Source of the DNA: an uncultured Planctomycetota bacterium | GTDB taxonomy: Bacteria; Planctomycetota; Planctomycetia; Gemmatales; Gemmataceae | Assembly (NCBI GenBank): GCA_963750865.1 | Contig: CAVVSQ010000002.1 | Span: forward strand, 14,231 to 78,230 | Reading direction: 5' to 3' | Length of the DNA: 64,000 bases | Made by a program: the position numbers and the translations under genes | Shown here: positions 55,926-64,000 of the stretch, one piece after another | Layout of the letters: each line of letters starts with the position of its first letter | Position numbering within the stretch: position 1 is the stretch's first letter | Notes under the pieces: model-generated | The model's database searches: none | Told to the model about the DNA's origin: nothing | Seen by the model: only the letters and a program-made list of their open reading frames with translations

Positions 55926-58900
55926 ATGAGTTGGTTGCGGGAAGCAAACGCCGAGCCTATTCCCGGTTATCGCTTGATCGAACCGCTCGGCAGCGGCGGC
56001 TTCGGCGAAGTCTGGAAATGCGAGGCTCCCGGCGGGCTCTTCAAGGCCATCAAGTTCGTCTATGGCAATCTCAATTCGCTCGATGTCGATTGCGTGCGCG
56101 CCGAGCAAGAGCGCAAGGCGCTCGAACGCATTAAAGCGGTCAACCATCCGTTTGTCTGCTCGCTCGAGCAAGTCCAAGACGTTGGCGGTGAGCTCGTCAT
56201 CGTCATGGAGTTGGCCGAACGCACGCTCCATGACCTGTTCACGGAGTGCCAAAGCACCGGCCTGATCGGCATCCCACGCTCCAATCTTTTGAGCTATCTC
56301 GCCGATGCCGCCGAAGCGCTCGACTTCATGAACAACGAGCCGCATAAGCTGCAACATCTCGACATAAAGCCGAAGAACCTGTTCATCATCGGCAATCACG
56401 TCAAGGTGGCGGACTTCGGCCTGGTCAAGAGTCTCGAACGGCATTCGTCCTCCGGTCTCATGGGAGGAGTGACGCCGCTTTATTCCGCGCCCGAAACATA
56501 CACCGGCAAAATCTCGCAATTCAGCGATCAATATAGCCTTGCCATCGTCTATCAAGAGCTTCTGACCGGCCATCGCCCGTTCGCCGGCAAGAATGTCCGG
56601 CAACTCGCCCAGCAACACATCAACGAAGAGCCGGATCTGCGGTCGCTTCCGGAGGCGGAGCGGCCGATCGTCGCGCGGGCCTTGGCGAAAGATCCGACTA
56701 AACGCTTCCCCAGTTGCTCGGCGTTCATAACCACCCTCTACAAGGCTCGCCCGGTGGGCCGTGTGGCCACGCTTCCCACGACCGCCCCCGCCAAGGAATT
56801 GGCATTCGCGGGGGTCGGCGCCGCCGGTCGCAAGGTCGAGAGCTTGCGCGATTTTCAACTGGAGGAAATCGGCGACCATCCGTCCGAGGCAGTCGATTTC
56901 GGCGCGCCGCCGCTGCCGCCGCCCGACCCGGACGAAGAATCCAATATCCAGTCGGAAATGGGCGTGACCATCGCCCAGCCCGACACCGGCGCCCTGCGGC
57001 CCACGATGATCATCGGCGTCGGCGCCTTCGGTCGCAAAGCGCTGTTGGAGCTGCGTTGCCGTTTTCTCGACCGCTTCGGCGACTTGAGCAAGTTGCCGCT
57101 GCTGCGCTTTCTGTGCATCGACGCCGACCCTGAAGTTCTCAACACCGCCATTCGCGGAGCGCCTGAAGTTGCCTTGACCCGCAACGAGGTTTATCCGCTG
57201 CCGTTGCAGCCGGTGGTCAACTATCGCCGCCGCAGCTTGGAAGAGCTCAGCGAATGGTTGCCTCGCGAAAAGCTCTATGCCATGCCGCGTTCGCTGCAAA
57301 CGCAAGGCTCGCGGGCGCTGGGCCGGCTGGCCTATTCGGACAACCAGCAACGCCTGGTGGCGCGCCTGCGGCGCGAAATCCAAGAGATCACCAACCCGGA
57401 CAACATCTATCAGTCCGTGACGCAAACCGGCCTGGCTCTGCGCGACAGCACCCCGCGCATTTACGTCATCGCCGCGGCCGGAGGCGGCGGCAGCGGCATG
57501 TTGCCCGACCTGGGATATGCCATTCGCCGCATGCTCGCCCAATTGCGGCATCCCGACAGCAAAGTCAGCGCCTTTCTTTTGTGCGGCGCACCGCAAGACC
57601 CCGCCACGCCAAAACAGGAACAGGCCAACATCTACGCCACGCTCACGGAACTGAATCATTTTTGCGATGAAAACGTCCGCTTCGCCGCTCAATATGGCAT
57701 GGACGGCCCCCGGATTATTGATGAAGGCGCTCCCTATACATCGGTCTACATGTTGCCCCAGGCCCACCGCACGCCCGAAGCCATGGACGCCAGCGTCGCG
57801 CATCTGGGTAACTATCTCTTTCATGAATTGACCACGCCGCTGGGGCTACGCCTGGACAATTTGCGCCATGAAGATGACCTTGGGACAACCGGCGCTCAAG
57901 CCCGCTCGCTCGCCGTGCCCCTGCGCAGCTTTGGCACGTTTGCGGTTTGGTTTCCGCGCGGCCTGCTCATTCGCCTGGCGTCCCGGCAAGCGTGTCAGCG
58001 ACTCATCACCGGCTGGCTCAGCACCGCCCGCGAGGAAATCAGCGCCGAGAGCCAGCAGCAAATCCAGGAACTCATCGCCAAGGTATTGCAGCATGAGCTT
58101 CTCAAGCCCAACGTTTTGGGCAAGCGCATCGAAGCCCTGACGCAGGCCGGCTCGCCCACGGATGTCGGCAACACGCCCGGCGAAGTGCTCGCCGGCATCT
58201 TGGCCAAGCTGGAAGAGCAAATCGTTCAACCCGTCGTCCAAGAGGACGCGGGCAACTGGGCCAAGCAGGCGCTCAATCGCGTGCGCGACTGGGTCGGCTC
58301 CGGCGAGGCGACTCAAGAAGTCAACGAATGGCGCAAGACGCGCCTGACGCGCGCCTTGTGCGTGGCGGCCCAAAAAGTCGTCGACGACTGGGATCGCGAA
58401 ATATCCCAGGGACTCGTCGCCCTCATGGACAATCCCGGCGCCCGCGTCGCCGCCGCCGAGATAGCCCTCGAAAACCTCGAAGCCTTTTTCCGCAAGGAAA
58501 GCGAAACACGCAAGGATGCCATCGCCCAGCAAGCCGGCAAGACCGCCGCGGCCTGGCAAAACCTCGAGCTGGCCGTCCAGGAATGCGTCGCCGGCGGCGG
58601 CGGTTTTCGCCTATTCGGCGGTCGCTCGCGCGGCCGGCAACTGCGTGCCTTCATGGATCAAGTCGCTCATTTCGCTCACGAGCGCTTGGCCGAGGAAATC
58701 CTCGGCGCCGTCCGCCACGCCCTGGCCCTGTTGGCCGGCAAACTAGCCGAGCGCCACCCGCGACATGGGCTTCGTCCGCCAACGTCTCCGGCATTTGCAA
58801 GAAAATCTCGATGCCGCGCCAACCGACGCGGACGAGGAGGTCGCCAACACCCGCGGCGGCGGCGACTTCACGATGAGCCACACTCCCATCCCCTCGACCG

Positions 58901-59589
58901 AATCCTTTTGGGAAGCGATCCGCCAATCGCCGACGGCACGCGTGGTTTTGCCCGGCGGTGAAACGGACCTCGAACGCGCCGCCCTCAAGTTTTTGCAAGG
59001 GCTTAAGCCCGAGCAGTGGCTTATTCTGGACAAAGAGTTGCACGAGCGCATCTTGGTGGCCCGCGGCGGCCTTCACGGCGCTTGCATGACGAGCGGCGAT
59101 TTGACCCGCCACCTGGCAACGCCTCTGCTCGTCGAAGCGGGTAGCATCCTGAGCCAACATTTGCCGATAATGGACGTGGCGCAGATTCTCTGCAACGAAG
59201 CCGGCGCCCGTGAGGGCTCGGCCAATACGGTCTCCGAACTGAGCACCACCGATTTGGAGGCCCAGGTGCGCAACTATCTCGCCCGCGCCACGCCTCTTTT
59301 TGCCAGTCAACGGGAAACTTTTCAGCATGCCTTTTTGCTGGTACCCGCCAGCCAGGCCGGCAGAGCGCTCGAAAGCGCCATCCACCAAGTCGTTCCGGAT
59401 ATCCGTCACGTCCGCGTGGCCGGCCAATCCGACTTGATGCTGTGCCGCGAGCAAGGCTCGCTCACCGCCCAAGATCTCCACGCCATCCTCAAACCGTGTC
59501 ACACCGCCTACGAGCAACTCCACGGCGCGCCCAACACGTCGCCGCACGCCCGCTTCGATATCCAAGACTGGCTGCCCCTCGACCCCTGA
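55926..59589 (+). pseudogene. Ser/Thr protein kinase fused to a tubulin-like (FtsZ/tubulin superfamily) domain and a long helical C-terminal region; one frameshift near 58755
   Basis: Kinase: GSGGFGEVWK...AIK...HLDIKPKNLF...VADFGL...YSAPE. Tubulin-like: PTMIIGVGAFGRKALLELR...LRFLCIDAD and IYVIAAAGGGGSGMLPDLGY. The ORF 55926..58961 tail becomes Arg-rich nonsense where ORF 58765..59589 (MGFVRQRLRHLQENL...) takes over. Confidence 0.85.
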
Positions 59590-59614
59590 GCCGCCACAGT
59601 TTAAAAAAAACACC

Positions 59615-60352
59615 ATGGCAGTGGATTGGTCGGTTCTCGTCGTGATGGCGGTGATCTTTCTCGCCACGCTGATTCGGTCGGCATTCGGGTTTGGCGAAGC
59701 CCTCGTTGCGGTGCCTTTGCTCGCCATGCTCATCCCGGTCGAGGAGGCGGTGCCGCTGGCCACGCTCGTCTCGATCACCGTCGCGGGCGTTGTCGTCGTC
59801 CAGGATTGGCATCATATTCACGTCCGCAGCGCCGGTTGGCTAATTATCTCGACCTTATTCGGCATTCCGTTGGGGCTGTGGTTGCTGACCGCGATTTCTG
59901 AAACAGTGGTCAAGGCGAGCCTGGCGATTGTCATCCTTGGATTTTCACTGTACTGCCTGGCCAGCCGAAGCACGTATGAATTGAAGAGCGACCGATTGGC
60001 GTGGCTGTTTGGCTTCTGCGCGGGTGTCTTGGGCGGAGCTTACGGGATGAACGGCCCCCCGTTGGTGATCTATGGCTCACTGCGCCATTGGTCTCCGGCA
60101 CATTTCCGGGCCACCTTGCAAGGTTATTTCCTGCCCGCGAGTTTGATCGGCATGTGCGGCTACTGGCTGGCTGGTCTATGGACGCCCGCCGTGACTCGCA
60201 ATTATTTCTGGTCTTTGCCACTGGCCCTGGCAGCGATATTCCTGGGGCGGACGATCAACCAGCGCATGAGAGGACGCGCATTTCTTCGCTACATCCACAT
60301 CGGCCTGCTATTTGTCGGCACGGGATTGCTGATTCAGTCGATGGGAAGATAG
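59615..60352 (+). CDS. TauE/SafE-family anion exporter
   Basis: Intact 245 aa, multi-TM, IRSAFGFGEALVAVPLL and GGAYGMNGPPLVIY motifs. Confidence 0.8.
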   Translation: MAVDWSVLVVMAVIFLATLIRSAFGFGEALVAVPLLAMLIPVEEAVPLATLVSITVAGVVVVQDWHHIHVRSAGWLIISTLFGIPLGLWLLTAISETVVKASLAIVILGFSLYCLASRSTYELKSDRLAWLFGFCAGVLGGAYGMNGPPLVIYGSLRHWSPAHFRATLQGYFLPASLIGMCGYWLAGLWTPAVTRNYFWSLPLALAAIFLGRTINQRMRGRAFLRYIHIGLLFVGTGLLIQSMGR

Positions 60353-60383
60353 ACGATAGAAGTCGATGGTCAGTTCGGCGGCT

Positions 60384-61647
60384 TCAATTCGCCATCTTGG
60401 GCACCTGTCCTTGCGGGATTAGCTTTCGCCAAGCAGCCTGCCCGGCGGCACGCTCCGCAGCGGTGCCGGCGGCATCGTAAGCGATGCTCTTGCCTTCGGG
60501 AACCAGTTCCGTTAGGGTCGCGCCAGCCAACTGGCGGATCGGTAAGCGATCGCTTTGCAGATAGTTGATAAGAAGGTCATAGGTTTCCGGTCGCGACCGC
60601 GCTTCGGGGCCAAAACCGTGCAAGAGCTCCATGATTATGCTTGCCTGCCCGGATTTCAGCTTCTCGCCAATCAGAGCCTCGTAGAGACCCACGTCTTGCG
60701 CACTGCCACGACCGATGTAGTGGCGTAACGCCGTTGCACCGGCAACGCGCACCTCCTTGGCTTTCGCGTCGTCCAGCGCTTTGATCCCACTAACCGGCCT
60801 ATCCAGAGCAACACCCGAATACGCGGCGACGACGCGGAGCGTAGCGTCCTTGCTCTGCTGCGCTTCGAGGATCGCGGCGGCTGCACCCTGTTCCGCAATC
60901 GCGGGCGCAGCGTCTCGATGGCCGTTTGCAAGCGCTGGATGCGCAGCGGTTGCTGTTCGGCGGGGTTGACCCACTCGGGCACTTGCTTAAGCCTCAACGG
61001 GCCTTTGACCCCTTGGCCGCTATCGAAATGGTATAACACCGGCCCTTCAAGAAGCTCCTTTTGCTTGTTTTTATCGAGGTTGGCCTCGCCCTGAATCACG
61101 AAGAAAATCAACTCGCCGATCGGCTTTTGCTCAGCCTTCGGCGTCTTCGAAAACGGCGCTCCCAAGGGCCAGTGACTAAACAGTTCCAGCGCGACCACAG
61201 CCTTTTTGTCAATGAGCTCGAAGTCCAGGTTTTTGCCCTGGATGCGGGCCCGCACTTTGACCGAGCCGTTTTCCTTGTGATTCTCGATCAAGACGCGGCC
61301 TCGATGCAAAGTAAAATCGAGCTCAAGCCCGGCCCGCGGTTGGTGCAGCGTGACGACGCTTTCCAATACCGGCGTCGGCGAAAAATCAGGCAAGTTGCCG
61401 GCAAGCACCAGGCGTATGTCGCCTTCCGCGATATCCAAATTGCCGCGCGCTCCGGGAAGTGTCAGCAACTCCCGCTCGGGGGCCACGCCGTCATAAAGCA
61501 TGGGCGTCAGCCAACTGTTATTGCCCGCGCGCTGAAGGACCGTGCCCACGGGCGACGCAGCTTTGCCGCCGGTTTGTCGCCCGCCATGACGGGGGAAGCC
61601 AGCAATAGGAGTGTGATGGCCAACAGTCGGCGTGCCATGAGTTTCAT
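60384..61647 (-). pseudogene. secreted hypothetical protein with HEAT-like C-terminus, two frameshifts (about 61560 and 60960)
   Basis: Signal MKLMARRLLAITLLLLASPVMA from ATG 61647, continued by ORF 60671..61651 and then ORF 60384..60974. Confidence 0.45.
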
Positions 61648-61703
61648 CCAAAGGTCCATGAGTTTACTTATCTAGGACAAGGTAAAGGGAATCGCCGGCA
61701 GCG

Positions 61704-63296
61704 TCAATCGTTCGCGGAAGGGGGCCGTCCCACGAAACAATATACCTCGGCCAACTCCGGGTCGTCCCCGTGCTCGGGTGGTGCCAGGCTTTGATAATAG
61801 CCCACTTGGCTCAGCGCTTGGCCGCGATCACCGACGGCCGCGAGGATCGGATCGAGGCTGGGCTTCTTGGCATGTATCTCCACGCACCATGTCTTGCCCG
61901 TCAAGGCCCGAGCCGCGCCCAAGTCTCCACGCCAGTAAACGCGATCGTCATGCTGGCGAAAGTACCATTCGAGACCTGGGCGAATTTCGGACGGCGCATG
62001 AAAGATGACGACGCGATCGTTTGGTGACACTCGCTGGAGCAAGTCTTCAACGAAATTCCGGTTCCACAATTCCGCGGTTGTCTTGAACGGCTTCACGATA
62101 TCACGGATCAGTCCAGCCGCGCCAAAAGCCGCAAGCAGCAACGCGACCAGGACACTCGCCCGGCGTTCGCCCACGCTGTTTGGCGACCAGCGCCGCGCGA
62201 CGGTAATCAGGCCGTTGGCCATGAGCAAACAGATCGCCGGTGCCAGATGCTGGTCGAGGCGGGCACTGCCGCCGTAGGGGTACTTGTGAAGCATGCCGGC
62301 GACGACGGACAGGGCGAATGGCCACAGAAGCAGTCCAAGCATCCGGCGATTGCCCCCGCGCCACCATGACCAGGCGCCGATTACACAGAAGAGCGTGGTC
62401 AAGCTGCTGGCAAAGTTGGGTCCGCCGATCGGATAGGCGAGCATGTTGCCCGTGTTGGCTTTGAAAAACCACCACAAGAGACTCAACGGATCGCGTTCGG
62501 GGAACCATTCGTGCCAGGTGCTATTGAAAGCATTGTTGGGATTGCCCAAATGCGGGCTCAATTGCGGCTTGCCGATCAAAAAATAATTGCCGCAAAACGT
62601 GACGACCAGCAGCAAGTTGAAGGTGACGAACCAGGCTTTCGCCCGGTAACTCCGCGCTCCCCAAACGATGGGCAACAGCACAATTGCAACCGCACCGGCC
62701 ACCAGCACCGCCGGATAGGAGCTAACCACGGCCAGCGGAACGATTGCGGCTAGCAAGACCAGCCAGCGAATTCTTTCCGGATTGCGAACGTACAACACTG
62801 CCGGCAACAGCAAACCGAGCGTGACCAGTAAGTCCTCGGAATAAGGCTTCACCTCAACGGAATGGCGCACGGGGTAATAGGAAACCGCCAGCAGCGCCAA
62901 AGCCAGTGAGGCGCCGACCGGCGGCAACACCCGTCGGCACAGGGCCCAGAAAAGAGCGAGCGACGCCAACCCTGCCAAAAAGGGAAGCAGCCTCAAGACC
63001 CACTCCGCCGGCCCAAGCCAATGATAAATCGCCAACTCGCTCCACAGAAAGGTCAGCGGGCAAATTTGACCGACGCGCAAGGGGCCGATCAAATCGGCAT
63101 AGCCGGCGTCCAAGAAGTTCACGCACACAAACGATTCATCGCCCCAGATGGGAAATTGCAGGAGATAGCGCACCGTTCGCCAGGCCACGCCCATGGCGAC
63201 TGCGACATAGGCCCAAAAGATCGCGGTTTGATAAAAGCGGACGCGCGTCGGCCTCGGTGCCGCGGCGGTTGGGGATAAGTCAAGGAGCGCTGTCAT
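61704..63296 (-). CDS. ArnT/PMT-like (GT-C fold) membrane glycosyltransferase
   Basis: About 11 TM helices. IWGDESFV...PLTFLW and a periplasmic C-terminal domain. ATG 63296 chosen within ORF 61704..63461. Confidence 0.75.
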   Translation of the reverse strand: MTALLDLSPTAAAPRPTRVRFYQTAIFWAYVAVAMGVAWRTVRYLLQFPIWGDESFVCVNFLDAGYADLIGPLRVGQICPLTFLWSELAIYHWLGPAEWVLRLLPFLAGLASLALFWALCRRVLPPVGASLALALLAVSYYPVRHSVEVKPYSEDLLVTLGLLLPAVLYVRNPERIRWLVLLAAIVPLAVVSSYPAVLVAGAVAIVLLPIVWGARSYRAKAWFVTFNLLLVVTFCGNYFLIGKPQLSPHLGNPNNAFNSTWHEWFPERDPLSLLWWFFKANTGNMLAYPIGGPNFASSLTTLFCVIGAWSWWRGGNRRMLGLLLWPFALSVVAGMLHKYPYGGSARLDQHLAPAICLLMANGLITVARRWSPNSVGERRASVLVALLLAAFGAAGLIRDIVKPFKTTAELWNRNFVEDLLQRVSPNDRVVIFHAPSEIRPGLEWYFRQHDDRVYWRGDLGAARALTGKTWCVEIHAKKPSLDPILAAVGDRGQALSQVGYYQSLAPPEHGDDPELAEVYCFVGRPPSAND

Positions 63297-63419
63297 TGAC
63301 GTGGGATTCCTTTCCCTGGTAGATCGGTGTGAATCCGAAGTTAAAGGTAGCAAACTGGGCAAAAAATGTAAACGGAAGGGCCCTTTAACTTGTCCGCACC
63401 CGCTTTTTAAAAAAGAAAA

Positions 63420-63575
63420 GCCACGGATTGAACACGGACAGAACACGGATAAGACGAGCAAAATTAAGCAAAACCCTGTCTAAATGTCTAAACCGTTTTG
63501 CCTCTTTATCCGTGTTTTATCCGTGTTCCATCCGTGGCTAACGCATTTTGAGTTCCATCCGTGGCCAACGCATTT
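63420..63575. repeat. 43-nt inverted repeat built from (G/A)ACACGGAT units plus tandem TTCCATCCGTGGC(T/C)AACGCATTT
   Basis: 63420..63463 versus reverse complement of 63496..63538 (about 37/43). Tandem units at 63526 and 63553. Confidence 0.75.
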
Positions 63576-63612
63576 GGAATCGCAGCGTCCGAAGTGCGAG
63601 ATCATGCAATTC

Positions 63613-64000
63613 TTACTTGGCCGCACTCGCCGCGATGAAGGGCATGCTCTTCGCCTTGCCAGGCACCCAGGCGTTGCGGGCGCCCAGAATCGCGATGCGA
63701 AAGCCGTCGGCTTCGGGGGTGCCCGGCAATGTCATCGCGACCTTGCCGTTCTCGATGACTTCCAAAGTGCCCGCGCGGAAAAAGTCGGAGTGCGCATCGT
63801 GGACGACGCGAATATCGTCGATCTTGGCCAGCGGAATCTCGTGACTGGGCGTCCCCTTCCAGCCGCGGCGAATCATCAGCCGGCGATTGGTGAGCGTGTA
63901 ACGCCGGGCGGCGAACGGCAGCAGTTTGCCGAAATAAACCGCGGACATGATGAGCCACGCCAACGGGGCCAAGATAATGGTGCGCGTCAGCTTCTGTCCC
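63613..64000 (-). CDS. bacterial PH-domain (bPH_2/YdbT-like) membrane protein, N-terminus outside window
   Basis: RRYTLTNRRLMIRRGW...EIPLAKIDDIRV......FFRAGTLEV. The frame stays open to position 64000. Confidence 0.6.
   Translation of the reverse strand, partial: GQKLTRTIILAPLAWLIMSAVYFGKLLPFAARRYTLTNRRLMIRRGWKGTPSHEIPLAKIDDIRVVHDAHSDFFRAGTLEVIENGKVAMTLPGTPEADGFRIAILGARNAWVPGKAKSMPFIAASAAK

Noticed and set aside
55704-57824. 706-aa minus-strand ORF
   Set aside because: It is antisense to the kinase/tubulin-like gene. The translation is Arg/Gly/Ala-rich low-complexity sequence with no motif, as expected for long antisense ORFs in high-GC DNA.
1-64000. tRNA, tmRNA or rRNA genes, for example as an integration target for the island
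   Set aside because: Scanning by eye for T-loop-like GGTTCGAATCC/GGTTCAAATCC motifs and acceptor-stem symmetry near the island edges (8.4-9.3, 15.2-15.6, 20.4 and 22.1 kb) gave nothing. A proper tRNAscan/Infernal run is still needed.

Overview
GC-rich bacterial chromosome segment with a planctomycete-type gene repertoire: DUF1501, DUF1559, TIGR03067, an ECF sigma module, a Ser/Thr kinase fused to a tubulin-like domain, and many long intergenic palindromes. Layout by eye: 0-3.8 kb holds two-component genes. 3.9-8.4 kb holds single accessory genes interleaved with five copies or fragments of one repeat family that has inverted 18-mers, plus an IS1-like transposase remnant. 8.6-20.4 kb is an excisionase/integrase-bearing island with two tandem ArdC antirestriction genes, a decayed RuvB-like ATPase hit by an IS630, and a one-directional array of about a dozen small plasmid/ICE-type genes headed by a conserved 15-17 nt motif. 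This island is my best candidate for an undescribed (anti-defence-like) system. 20.4-22.2 kb is a mini-element with an integrase remnant between 36-nt direct repeats. 22-33 kb holds miscellaneous accessory genes. 34.2-36.0 kb is an arsR-arsC-arsM operon bracketed by a 115-nt repeat. 36-64 kb holds envelope, secretion and regulatory genes. I found no rRNA, tRNA or CRISPR array. More than 20 otherwise well-conserved genes have broken reading frames. Most of the breaks I resolved at nucleotide level look like 1-nt indels in or beside short G or C runs, so assembly error and real decay cannot be separated here. All product calls come from motif recognition by eye, with no database search.
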